Shown here: one piece after another, positions 32,655 to 41,491 of the stretch
How the letters are laid out: each line of letters opens with the position of its first letter
How positions within the stretch are numbered: the first letter of the stretch is position 1
DNA from: an uncultured Candidatus Rokubacteria bacterium
GTDB taxonomy: Bacteria > Methylomirabilota > Methylomirabilia > Rokubacteriales > CSP1-6
Length of the DNA stretch: 64,000 bases
Reading direction: 5' to 3'
NCBI GenBank assembly: GCA_963754315.1
Contig: CAVWFS010000018.1
Coordinates: 704,001 to 768,000 of the forward strand
Made by a program: the position numbers and the translations under genes
The notes under the pieces: model-generated
Told to the model about the DNA's origin: nothing
What the model saw: the letters and a program-made list of their open reading frames with translations, nothing else
Databases searched by the model: none

Positions 32655-33623
32655 ATGACAGACAACGTGACTCTCGACCAGGTACGTGCGGCCGCCCACC
32701 GCCTGGCGGATCGCATCGTGCGAACACCGGTGGTCGTTTCGCAGTCGTTCAACACCGCCAGTGGCTATTCGGTCTTCTTCAAGTGCGAGAATCTCCAGCG
32801 CGCCGGATCGTTCAAGATCCGTGGAGCCCTGAACAAGATCGCCAGCCTCAACGATCGCGAGCGGGCCCGCGGTGTGGTCGCTTTCTCGTCCGGTAACCAT
32901 GCCCAGGGCGTGGCATTGGCGGCGCGCATGCTGGAAACCACCGCGCTCATCTGCATGCCCAGGGACGCCCCTACCCTCAAGGTGGAGGCGACCCGGAGCT
33001 ACGGCGCCGAAATCGTCTTTTACGACCGTCTGACGGACGATCGTGAGGCCATGGGACGTCGCCTGGCCGAGGAGCGTGGGGCCGTCTTGGTCCCGCCCTA
33101 TGACGATTACGTTGTCATGGCCGGGCAGGGCACCGCCGCCCTCGAACTGCTCGACGAGGTGGGGACGCTCGACGGGATGGTGACGCCGGTGGGTGGAGGG
33201 GGCCTCATGGCCGGGTGCAGCACGGTAGTCCGTGCGCTCGCGCCCGGGGTTCTCGTGGTGGGGGTGGAGGCGGAGTCCGCCAATGACACGTTTCTGTCGT
33301 TCGCGAAGGGGGAACGAGTGGCAATCCCACCTCCGGCCACCATGGCCGATGGAATCCGCGTGACCGTGCCGGGCGCACTGACCTTCCCGATACTGCGCCG
33401 GAACGTGGCCGAGATTGCCCTCGTGTCCGAGAAGGAGATCGCGGCAGCGGTGCGCTTCCTGGCCCTGCGCGCCAAGCTCGTGGTCGAGCCGACGGGCGCC
33501 GTGGGCGCCGCCGCTGTCCTGTCCGGCAAGCTCCACCTTCCCCGCGGGGCTCGTGTGGGAGTTGTTCTCTCCGGCGGGAACATCGACCCGCCGCTCCTGG
33601 CCGAGCTGCTGACGGGATCCTAG
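32655..33623 (+). CDS. PLP-dependent serine/threonine dehydratase family protein (threo-3-hydroxyaspartate ammonia-lyase/serine racemase-like, no ACT domain)
   Basis: KCENLQRAGSFKIRGA, SSGNHAQG, PVGGGGL, VEPTGA, LSGGNID; AGGAG SD. Confidence 0.92.
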   Translation: MTDNVTLDQVRAAAHRLADRIVRTPVVVSQSFNTASGYSVFFKCENLQRAGSFKIRGALNKIASLNDRERARGVVAFSSGNHAQGVALAARMLETTALICMPRDAPTLKVEATRSYGAEIVFYDRLTDDREAMGRRLAEERGAVLVPPYDDYVVMAGQGTAALELLDEVGTLDGMVTPVGGGGLMAGCSTVVRALAPGVLVVGVEAESANDTFLSFAKGERVAIPPPATMADGIRVTVPGALTFPILRRNVAEIALVSEKEIAAAVRFLALRAKLVVEPTGAVGAAAVLSGKLHLPRGARVGVVLSGGNIDPPLLAELLTGS

Positions 33624-33635
33624 CGCTTCTGCGTG

Positions 33636-34571
33636 CTATCGCGAGTGGAAATCGGGGACGACCTCGGCCGCGAGGCGCTCGAGTTGCTCGAGCACGCGCT
33701 CAGGCGGGCACATCGGGCGGAGGATGAACTTCGAGCCTCCGCCCTTGACATATTGCTCGAGTCGCTCCCGCACGAGTTCGGGAGGTCCGAACGCTGTGCA
33801 CTGCGCTAGGGTCGCGTCGTCGACCCGGTTGCGTGGTACGAACGGGGCAGCGCTGGCGGCTGCCGCTCGCGGGTCGTCGTCCAGGCAGTAGTAGAAGAGT
33901 GCTCCGAAGTGGTCCAGCGGAACCTCGCGCCCGGCCTCGGCTGCAAAGGCAAGGGTCTTCTCCACGCCGATGCGAAACGCTTCGGGGGTGATGAACGATG
34001 GAATCCACCCGTCGCCGAGGCGGCCGGTGCGACGCATCGCTGCCTCGCTGTTGCCGCCGATCCAGACGGGCATGGGCTCCTGCACGGGGCGCGGGAGCAC
34101 GGTGATGCGATCGAGATCCCAAAATTCGCCGGCGAGGGTGGTCTCCTCGCCGCTCCAGCAGGCCCGCATGATGCGGATGGCCTCATCCGTCCGTCGCGCG
34201 CGCTCCCGGAACGGCACCCCGGCGGCCCGGAACTCGCGGTCCTGCTCGACGCCCACGCCGACCGCGGGCAGCATGCGGCCCCCGGACAGGTAGTCGATCA
34301 TGGCGATCTCGCGGGCGAGGACCACCGGCGAGCGAAAGGGCGCGATCAGCACGCTCGGACCGAACTTGAGCCGTCGCGTCCGCGCGGCCACGGCGGCCAT
34401 GGTCGTCATGGGCTCGGGGACGGGAATCGGCGAGGAGAGCCGCTCCGAGAACCACACGGAGTCGATGCCGCTCCGCTCGCACAGATCGATGAAGCGCCAG
34501 AGAAAGTCACTCCCCGAGGGACCCCCAGGCCACGGGCCCGGCATCACGCCGATGCGGTACTTGATGTCCAT
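33636..34571 (-). CDS. LLM-class flavin-dependent oxidoreductase
   Basis: DSVWFSE, AVAARTRRLKFG, IDYLSGGR, PVWIGGNS, GDGWIP; leaderless ATG 34571. Confidence 0.9.
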   Translation of the reverse strand: MDIKYRIGVMPGPWPGGPSGSDFLWRFIDLCERSGIDSVWFSERLSSPIPVPEPMTTMAAVAARTRRLKFGPSVLIAPFRSPVVLAREIAMIDYLSGGRMLPAVGVGVEQDREFRAAGVPFRERARRTDEAIRIMRACWSGEETTLAGEFWDLDRITVLPRPVQEPMPVWIGGNSEAAMRRTGRLGDGWIPSFITPEAFRIGVEKTLAFAAEAGREVPLDHFGALFYYCLDDDPRAAAASAAPFVPRNRVDDATLAQCTAFGPPELVRERLEQYVKGGGSKFILRPMCPPERVLEQLERLAAEVVPDFHSR

Positions 34572-34616
34572 GGGCGGACTGTAGCACGAAGGATTTCTGC
34601 CAGGTACCCTGGGAGT

Positions 34617-35547
34617 GTGCTGCTCGACTTCCTGAACGAGCACTTTGGCCATCCCGGGATCGTGTGGTTCGAGCAGGGGAACGGCGGGCTGCTCAGGGCG
34701 GTCCATCACGACTTCGTCCGCCTCTGGCCATGTCTATCTCCAGGGCGCGCACGTAACGCACTACCACCCGCACGGAGCCCTTCCCGTGCTGTTTACGAGT
34801 TCGCGAAGCCGCTTCACCTCCGGTCGGCCCATCCGGGGGGGCGTGCCTATCGTCTTTCCCTGGTTCGGTCCGCATCCGAGCGATCCCCACGCGCCTGACC
34901 ATGGGTTCGCCCGGATTCTCGAGTGGTCGGTCGAGGCCGTGGAGCCTTCCGACGAGACGGTCACTATGACCTTAGGTCTGTCGGCCACTCCGACGACGCA
35001 CGCGACCTGGCCCCGTGACTTCGGGCTTCGCTATCGAATCACGGTGGGGGCCACCCTCGACCTCGCTCTGGAAGTCGAGAACCGTTCGGGCGAGACCGTC
35101 ACCTTCCAGGAGGCGCTGCATACATATTGCCTGGTGGGCGACGTCGAGCTGGTGACCGTGCACGGACTCGACGATGTGACCTACATCGACAAAGCGGACG
35201 GCATGCGGCGAAAGGTGGAGGGTTCAGGCGGCGCCCGAATCCGAAACCTCACGGACCGGGTGTACCTCGATACACGGACGCGCTGTGTCGTCGACGACCC
35301 TACCTGGGAACGGCGACTCCTCGTCGACAAAGAGGGCTCCCACTCCACGGTTCTGTGGAACCCGGGTCGAGAGACCGCGCGAAACATGGCCGATCTGGGC
35401 GATGACGAGTGGCGTTCGATGATCTGTGTGGAGACCGCAAACGCTGCCGACAATGCCGTACGCCTCGGCGCGGGCCAGCGTCACCTCATGCGTGCCTGTA
35501 TCTCGGTGCAGGGTGGAGTCGCGTCGCACCCATCCCGTGCGTCGTGA
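34617..35547 (+). CDS. D-hexose-6-phosphate mutarotase (aldose 1-epimerase family); +1 frameshift near 34704
   Basis: YLQGAHV, IRGGVPIVFPWFG, HGFAR, ALHTY, DRVY, WNPG, MICVE; N-terminal FEQGNGGL is in the preceding frame. Confidence 0.88.
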
Positions 35548-35575
35548 TCCAACGAAGTGGCGCGGGGAACGGGTC

Positions 35576-36172
35576 TCACCGCCCGAGAATGCGCTGCGTG
35601 AGCGCCTGGGTGGCGGCGGCGAGCATCTGAGTCCGGTCTCGCCGCTGCGAGCGGCGCGGGTTCGCACAATCGGCCTCCAGTTCGGTCACATCGAGATCCC
35701 CTCCCGGAGCCACCGCGACGCGGGACGCCCCGTCGCTCACCCGGACAACCTGCACCCCCTGACTCCACACGGTGGTGATGGCGCGGAACGGGCGGGGGCT
35801 GTCCGTACAGAAGGCGGCGTCGCGCCGCGAGACCCTCAGGTCGATGATGATCACATGATCAGCTTGCACCTGCCGGGCGCGGGCAAGAGCGGTCCGCGTG
35901 TCGAAGCGCTCGCCGGGCGCGACGCGTTGGAGGTCAGTAGGCGGGGAGCCGTACTCGTCGAAGGCGGCCACCAGCGCTCCCTCGTACGTGTCGGCAAGCG
36001 CCTCGCGTTCCCGGTCATTCAGATCCGGCCAACCCGCCACGCGTATGAAAACGGCCGGCTGACGGATCTGACGAGCGCTGAAGTCGGGAGCCCTCGGCAA
36101 GGAGGTGGGAGTGGAGCCAGGAGAGGTACAGGCCGCAGCCAGAAGCGCAATGCCGAGCAGGACTCCCCGCAC
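35576..36172 (-). CDS. Hypothetical lipoprotein; start uncertain
   Basis: VRGVLLGIALLAAAC lipoprotein signal; fills the gap between neighbours. Confidence 0.65.
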   Translation of the reverse strand: MRGVLLGIALLAAACTSPGSTPTSLPRAPDFSARQIRQPAVFIRVAGWPDLNDREREALADTYEGALVAAFDEYGSPPTDLQRVAPGERFDTRTALARARQVQADHVIIIDLRVSRRDAAFCTDSPRPFRAITTVWSQGVQVVRVSDGASRVAVAPGGDLDVTELEADCANPRRSQRRDRTQMLAAATQALTQRILGR

Positions 36173-36206
36173 TGGACGCGACCCCCGAATACGATACAAT
36201 GATCCC

Positions 36207-36584
36207 ATGAGACGGGTGGTGGTTCTCCTAGCCCTTGGATTCGTGGTGATGGGCATCCTCCCCGTCCAGGCCCAGGAGGTCAGGATAGATCGCACGCCGT
36301 TCGAGCGTGAACTGGGCATCATCCCGCCGACCACCGAGCCTGCCCGGAGTCGCCCCGAAGATGCCGACTACCATTCCGGCAGCGGGTCGGTCATTCTCGA
36401 CCCCGGCTTCTTCGAGAGGCTTTCCGTGAAGACGGAGACCGGTCGCTTCGGGTTGGCCGGCTGGACCTCTCCCAACTCACCCAGAGGACCCGACTACAGA
36501 GAGATCAACGGCTGGTTTACCTTGGGTCTGGCCTTCACGTGGTCCTCGCCTCCCCTGCCCGGGAAGCGACCCGCCAACCGCTGA
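36207..36584 (+). CDS. Hypothetical exported protein
   Basis: Signal peptide MRRVVVLLALG...AQA; TACAAT 6 nt upstream of ATG. Confidence 0.65.
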   Translation: MRRVVVLLALGFVVMGILPVQAQEVRIDRTPFERELGIIPPTTEPARSRPEDADYHSGSGSVILDPGFFERLSVKTETGRFGLAGWTSPNSPRGPDYREINGWFTLGLAFTWSSPPLPGKRPANR

Positions 36585-36613
36585 CCGGACCGCTCCCGAG
36601 ACGGTCCTGATCG

Positions 36614-37183
36614 ATGGCACTCCTGCGCGGCAACCTTCACGCGCACACCACGTTCTCGGATGGGGTGCGCAGCCCGAGCGCGCTCCTGCGTGAGTACGAG
36701 GTCCTCGGGTACGACTTTCTTGCCATCACCGATCACGAGGACCACGAGAACCTGAACTATCCGGCGTATGAGCGAGCCCTGGACACGTTGACCTCGCACC
36801 TGCTCGTCTTTCGCGGACTCGAGCTCGACTACGCGCCGCTCTCGCAGCACGTGGGCCGCATCGTGGGCGAACGCGAGATGCTGCATGTGCTGAATCACCC
36901 CGCCCGCTACAAGCTCAGCGTACGGGAGACCATCGAGCGCATGCGGACCATCTCGGCGGCCGGGCTTCCGCTGGACGCGGTGGAGGTGACGGACACCGGA
37001 TTCTATCGTCCGCTCTATGATACGGACGAGATCCCGCTTGTGAAGATCGCCACCGATGATGCCCATCGCCCTCCCCACTTCGGCCGCGCCTGGATCGAAG
37101 TCGAGGCGCGGCCCGACAAGGATGCCATCCTGCGCGCAATCCGCGCCGGCGATTGCCGCAAAGTCATCGCCGCCTCGGAGTAG
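36614..37183 (+). CDS. PHP-domain metal-dependent phosphoesterase
   Basis: NLHAHTTFSDG, AITDH, NHP, TDDAH. Confidence 0.88.
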   Translation: MALLRGNLHAHTTFSDGVRSPSALLREYEVLGYDFLAITDHEDHENLNYPAYERALDTLTSHLLVFRGLELDYAPLSQHVGRIVGEREMLHVLNHPARYKLSVRETIERMRTISAAGLPLDAVEVTDTGFYRPLYDTDEIPLVKIATDDAHRPPHFGRAWIEVEARPDKDAILRAIRAGDCRKVIAASE

Positions 37184-37395
37184 AACCTCGGGAGCGTCGC
37201 GCGGAGCGTGGGCGGCTCCGCGGGGAGGCCGCTCCGACGGAGCGCAGGAGCAACTCGGTGAGAGGCGGAGTGATGTCGGTCGTCCACGAGCGCCCTGTGG
37301 TAGCCTTTGGCGGCGAATACCTCCAGAGCAGCTTGGAGGATGCGCTCGCGCGTGGCGGAGCGCGAGGACTCCGCTCCGTCTTTTAGAGGAGACAT
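37168..37395 (-). pseudogene. TetR/AcrR regulator remnant with large internal deletion
   Basis: TRERILQAALEVFAAKGYHRALVDD stops mid-HTH and joins, out of frame, a C-terminal-like DITPPLTELLLRSVG; lower boundary approximate. Confidence 0.7.
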
Positions 37396-37397
37396 CG

Positions 37398-38225
37398 ATG
37401 CGAGTAGTGCGGATCGGTCACAGCCCGGATCCTGACGACGCGTTCATGTTCTACGCGCTGACGGCAGGCAAGGTGACCATCGGGGGGATCCGCATCGAGC
37501 ACGTCCTCGAAGACATCGAATCGCTCAACCGGCGTGCCCGGACGGGCGAACTGGAGGTCACGGCCGTCTCCGCGGCCACCTACACCATGGTGGCCGACCG
37601 CTACCGGATGATGGATCCCGGTGCTTCCATGGGAAAGGGCTACGGGCCTATCCTGGTCGCGCGCGGGGCGATCGCCCCCGGCGTGCTGCCCGAGAAGGTC
37701 ATCGCCATTCCGGGCAGCCACACCACGGCCGCGCTCCTGTTGCGCCTCTACGTGGGCGATCCTCCCCTGATCGAGGTGGCCTTCGACAAGATTCCCCAGG
37801 CGGTCCTGGATGGGCAGGCGGACGTGGGCCTCCTCATCCACGAGGGTCAGATCACCCACCGCCACCTGGGGCTGACCAAGGTCCTGGATCTCGGCGAGTC
37901 GTGGGGAAAGGACACCGGGCTTCCGCTGCCGCTCGGCATCAACGTCATGCGACGCGATATGGGGGACGACGTCCACCGCGCGCTGTCGCAGGGATTGCGT
38001 GACTCCATCGCGTGGGCTCATGCCCACGTCGATGAGGCGCTCGAGTACGCCATGCGTTACGGGCGAGGGATCGACAAGGAGACGTGCCGCCGCTTCGTCC
38101 TCATGTACGTGAACGACTACACCGTGACCCTGGGGACGGAAGGGAGAGCGGCCCTGGAGCGGCTCTTCACCTTGGCTCATCAGCGGCGCCTCATCCCCGC
38201 CGTCCCGCCCATCGATCCGATTTGA
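37398..38225 (+). CDS. mqnD: 1,4-dihydroxy-6-naphthoate synthase (MqnA/MqnD family)
   Basis: GHSPDPDDAFMFYAL, DIESLN, GYGP, LLIHEGQ, PLPLG, MYVNDYT; GAGGAG SD. Confidence 0.88.
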   Translation: MRVVRIGHSPDPDDAFMFYALTAGKVTIGGIRIEHVLEDIESLNRRARTGELEVTAVSAATYTMVADRYRMMDPGASMGKGYGPILVARGAIAPGVLPEKVIAIPGSHTTAALLLRLYVGDPPLIEVAFDKIPQAVLDGQADVGLLIHEGQITHRHLGLTKVLDLGESWGKDTGLPLPLGINVMRRDMGDDVHRALSQGLRDSIAWAHAHVDEALEYAMRYGRGIDKETCRRFVLMYVNDYTVTLGTEGRAALERLFTLAHQRRLIPAVPPIDPI

Positions 38226-38235
38226 CCGGCGCCCG

Positions 38236-39330
38236 CTAGTACGTTTTCAGTAGCTCGTATTCCGTGGTGCGCTGGGCGGGCGTGAAGCCCGCGTCCCGGA
38301 TGAGGTCCACCATCTCCTCGATGCCGATCGTATTCACATAGGCGGCCGCTTTGTGGACATTCTCCTCGAACAGGGTTCCGCCCCAGTCATCGGCGCCGAA
38401 GTGCAGGGCGATCTGCCCCGCCCGCTTGCCCTCCGAGAACCACGAGGCCTGGATGTGGTCAACGTTGTCGAGATAGAGCCGGGAGGCGGCCAGCATGCGG
38501 AGGTACATGTTTGGACCCTGGTAGTGCTTGATCCATTTCTCGAGCAGGGTGTGTCCAGGCTTGAACGACCACGGGACGAAGGCGGTGAAGCCCCGGTGCT
38601 CGTCCTGCAGACTCCGCACGGCCTCCCAGTGATCGATCACATCGTCCACCTGCTCGACGTGGCCGTACATCATGGTGGCCGTGCTCTTGAAGCCGCGGCG
38701 ATGCGCGTCCCGGTGGACGTCGAGCCAGGCGGCCGGGCTACCTTTCTTGGGTGCGATGCGCGTTCGCACCCGCGCGGAGAGGATCTCGGCGCCGCCGCCG
38801 GGAAGGGTACGCTGGCCGGCCTCGTACAGCCGATCAAGCACCTGACCGATGGTGAGGCCGCTCACGGTGGCCATGGTCTGGATCTCGGAGGCGGTGAAGA
38901 AGTGTGGCGTCACCTCGGGAAATCGCCGCCGCGTCTCCCGCACCAGACTGAGATAGTACTCGAGCGGGAGGGCGGGGTTGTGGCCGCCCTGGAGGAGGAC
39001 CGTAGTCGCACCTCGGCTGGCCGCCGACTCGATCTTGGCCAGCACCTCGTCGACGGTGAGCGTATACGCTTCGGGGTCGCCGGGTCGTCGGTAGAAGGCG
39101 CAGAACTGGCAGTCGGTGATGCAGACGTTCGTGTAGTTCGGGTTGGAGTCGATGACGAAGGTCACTCGGCGCTCGGGAATGCGTGCGAAGCGGGCGGTCT
39201 GGGCCAGGGACCCGAGCTCGAGCAGCGGTGCTTCGGCCAGGAGCCAGTGACCGTCGGTCCGATCGAGACGCTGCTGGCGTTCGACCTTGGCGCGCACCTC
39301 TGCGGCGGTGGCCCTCATCGTCAGTTCCAT
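38236..39330 (-). CDS. mqnC: Cyclic dehypoxanthine futalosine synthase (radical SAM)
   Basis: NYTNVCITDCQFCAFYR, LLQGGHNP, PGGGAEIL, ATMMYGHVE, IQASW. Confidence 0.9.
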   Translation of the reverse strand: MELTMRATAAEVRAKVERQQRLDRTDGHWLLAEAPLLELGSLAQTARFARIPERRVTFVIDSNPNYTNVCITDCQFCAFYRRPGDPEAYTLTVDEVLAKIESAASRGATTVLLQGGHNPALPLEYYLSLVRETRRRFPEVTPHFFTASEIQTMATVSGLTIGQVLDRLYEAGQRTLPGGGAEILSARVRTRIAPKKGSPAAWLDVHRDAHRRGFKSTATMMYGHVEQVDDVIDHWEAVRSLQDEHRGFTAFVPWSFKPGHTLLEKWIKHYQGPNMYLRMLAASRLYLDNVDHIQASWFSEGKRAGQIALHFGADDWGGTLFEENVHKAAAYVNTIGIEEMVDLIRDAGFTPAQRTTEYELLKTY

Positions 39331-40400
39331 ACGTGCAGCACGTTGTAGAGCGCGTCCCGCTCCACCGGAACCTTGCCGGCATCCCGAATCATCCGGAAGA
39401 GCTGTTCCCGCGCCACTCCGGCCGGCGTCTCTGCCCCGGCCATGTGCTGGATGCGCTCGTCTTCTAGGGTGCCGTTGATGTCGTCGGCGCCGAAGTGCAA
39501 CGCGATCGACGTGGTCTCCTCCCCCAACACCACCCAGTAGGCCTCGATGTGCGGAAAGTTGTCGAGGAGCAAGCGGGCTGCGGCAATGGTGCGTAGGCTA
39601 TCGGTGGGAGGCGTCTGGCGCGGCACCAGCTTGGTACTACCAACCTGGTAGGCGAGCGGCACGAAGGTGAGGAAACCGCCGGAGCGGTCCTGTTGCTCGC
39701 GCAGGCGGATGAGATGCTCAACCCGCTCGGCCATCGTCTCCACGTGGCCGTACAACATGGTGGCGTTGGTCTTGATTCCGAGGGTGTGGGCGATGCCGTG
39801 GATCTCGCACCAGCGGTCGGGATCGGCCTTGCCTGTATAGTGGAGAAGCCGGGCGAGGCGCGCGGAGAAGATCTCGGCGCCGCCGCCGGGCATCGACTGC
39901 AAGCCCGCGGCCTGCAGGCGTCCCAGCGACTCCTTGGGCTCGATCTTCCAGCGCCGCCAGAAGTAGTCGATCTCGGCGGCCGTGAACGCCTTGATCTGTA
40001 CCTGGGGATGCGCGGCATGGATGGCGCCGATGATGCGCTCGTAGTACTCGAAGGGCCAGTCGGGGTGGTGGCCGCCCACGATGTGAACCTCCCGGCAGTC
40101 GGGCTTCACCATGGCCACCATGTCCTCGATGGTGTGCTCGTAGGCGCCGACCTGCCCCTTCTTACGTGCGAAGTCGCAGAAGCGGCACGACAGCACGCAG
40201 AGGTTGGTCGGGGTGATGTGGCGGTTCATGACAAAGTACACACGCTCGCCCTCGCGCCGTGACTTCAGAGTGTCCGCCATGCGTCCGACGCCCAGGAGAT
40301 CCTGGGTCTCGAACAGCAACAGACCGTCCTCGCGGCTGAGCCGTTCGCCCGCTCCGGCCCGATCCCAGACTCCCTTCAGGCGCGGATCGCTGAAATGCAC
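39321..40400 (-). CDS. mqnE: Aminofutalosine synthase (radical SAM)
   Basis: TNLCVLSCRFCDF, HIVGGHHPD, KAFTAAEI, PGGGAEIF, AYWVVLG, ERDALYN; GAAGGAGG SD. Confidence 0.9.
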   Translation of the reverse strand: MHFSDPRLKGVWDRAGAGERLSREDGLLLFETQDLLGVGRMADTLKSRREGERVYFVMNRHITPTNLCVLSCRFCDFARKKGQVGAYEHTIEDMVAMVKPDCREVHIVGGHHPDWPFEYYERIIGAIHAAHPQVQIKAFTAAEIDYFWRRWKIEPKESLGRLQAAGLQSMPGGGAEIFSARLARLLHYTGKADPDRWCEIHGIAHTLGIKTNATMLYGHVETMAERVEHLIRLREQQDRSGGFLTFVPLAYQVGSTKLVPRQTPPTDSLRTIAAARLLLDNFPHIEAYWVVLGEETTSIALHFGADDINGTLEDERIQHMAGAETPAGVAREQLFRMIRDAGKVPVERDALYNVLHVWN

Positions 40401-40445
40401 CCCTTGGCCTCCTTCGGCAGACGGGAGCAGGACTGGTTCTCTCCC

Positions 40446-40461
40446 GACCGACCAGTCGGTC
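40446..40461. promoter_or_regulatory. Putative TetR-type operator GACCGAC-CA-GTCGGTC over the predicted mqnE transcription start
   Basis: Perfect 7-bp inverted repeat 2 nt downstream of the -10 box. Confidence 0.6.
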
Positions 40462-40463
40462 TG

Positions 40464-40493
40464 ACTCTAGCCAGGGCTCCCTGAACCTGTCAA
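40464..40493 (-). promoter_or_regulatory. Sigma70-type promoter for mqnE-mqnC (TTGACA-18 nt-TAGAGT)
   Basis: Consensus -35 and TAnnnT -10 on the minus strand. Confidence 0.7.
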
Positions 40494-40601
40494 GAAAGGA
40501 GGCGGACGGGACCGGATTCGCAGGCCCCTGGGGCGGGTGCCCCGGCGGGGCGACGGCTCGCGGAGCGGGAACAGCGATCGTCCGTGGTATCCTTTGCCGG
40601 C

Positions 40602-41051
40602 ATGGCCGCGGACTCGCGCCGTTTTTTTGATGAGATAGCGGTTGGCGAGGAGTACGAGTCGCCCGGCCGTACGGTCACCGAGACGGATATCGTGATCTTC
40701 GCGGGCTTATCCGGCGACTATAACGTCCTGCACACCGACGCCGAGTTCATGAAGACGTCCATCTTCGGCGAACGAATTGCCCACGGCCTTCTCGGTCTGG
40801 CCATCCAGTCGGGACTCCTGGGCCGTGCCATGCCACCCTACGCCACCCTGGCCTTTGTCGGTGTCCGGTGGAAGTTCAAGGGACCGATCAAGATCGGCGA
40901 CACTATCCGAGTGCAGGCGAGAGTGGCGGCGAAGCGCGAGACCTCCAAGCCGGACCGGGGACTGATTACCCTCGAGCGGAGGGTGCTCAACCAGCGCGAC
41001 GAGGTGGTTCAGGAAGGTGAGACGGATCTCCTGATAGAGTGCCGCCCGTGA
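40602..41051 (+). CDS. MaoC-family (hot-dog) dehydratase
   Basis: RTVTETDI..FAGLSGDYNVLHTD, IAHGLL, PIKIGDTI. Confidence 0.9.
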   Translation: MAADSRRFFDEIAVGEEYESPGRTVTETDIVIFAGLSGDYNVLHTDAEFMKTSIFGERIAHGLLGLAIQSGLLGRAMPPYATLAFVGVRWKFKGPIKIGDTIRVQARVAAKRETSKPDRGLITLERRVLNQRDEVVQEGETDLLIECRP

Positions 41052-41476
41052 ATGACCCCCCTTCGCCCCACCGAGCCTACTTCGAAGACGTCAGGATCGG
41101 GGAGTCCGTCGAAACGCCGGCCCTGACTGTTACCGAGGCCCACATCGCCCTCTATCGAGGCCTCACCGACGAGCGGAGCAGTTCGACCTCGTCTGTACCC
41201 GATCTGTTACCGCTCTGCTTGTCGACGGGCCTGGGCTGGCGCCTGAATCGCGCGCCCCTGGCCGTTCTCGCCTTCATGAGTATCGACTGGCGTATCGAAC
41301 GAGCTCTGCGGGCGGGTGACACCATTCGCAGCCGGGCCCGCGCGGTGGCCAAGCGATCGCTGCGGGAAAATGGCGTCCTCATCGAGGAACACGCAATCGT
41401 CAACCAGCACGGTGAGGCTGTCCAGCATGGGCGCTTCACCTTTCTCGTCGCCAAGCGACCCTCGTCATCATCCTGA
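41048..41476 (+). CDS. MaoC-like hot-dog fold protein lacking the D-x4-H hydratase motif
   Basis: YFEDVRIGE, TVTEAHI, LRAGDTI, VNQHGE; GTGA overlap. Confidence 0.75.
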   Translation: MNDPPSPHRAYFEDVRIGESVETPALTVTEAHIALYRGLTDERSSSTSSVPDLLPLCLSTGLGWRLNRAPLAVLAFMSIDWRIERALRAGDTIRSRARAVAKRSLRENGVLIEEHAIVNQHGEAVQHGRFTFLVAKRPSSSS

Positions 41477-41491
41477 CTCAAGGAGAGCATC

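Noticed and set aside
31701..33623. 640-aa ORF suggesting a dehydratase with a long N-terminal extension
   Set aside because: The first 318 codons are the antisense shadow of sppA; the real gene starts at ATG 32655 with its own SD
37398..38225. Calling this gene mqnA
   Set aside because: The GHSPDPDDAFMF N-terminus fits MqnD; no MqnA-type or mqnB gene was recognised in the window
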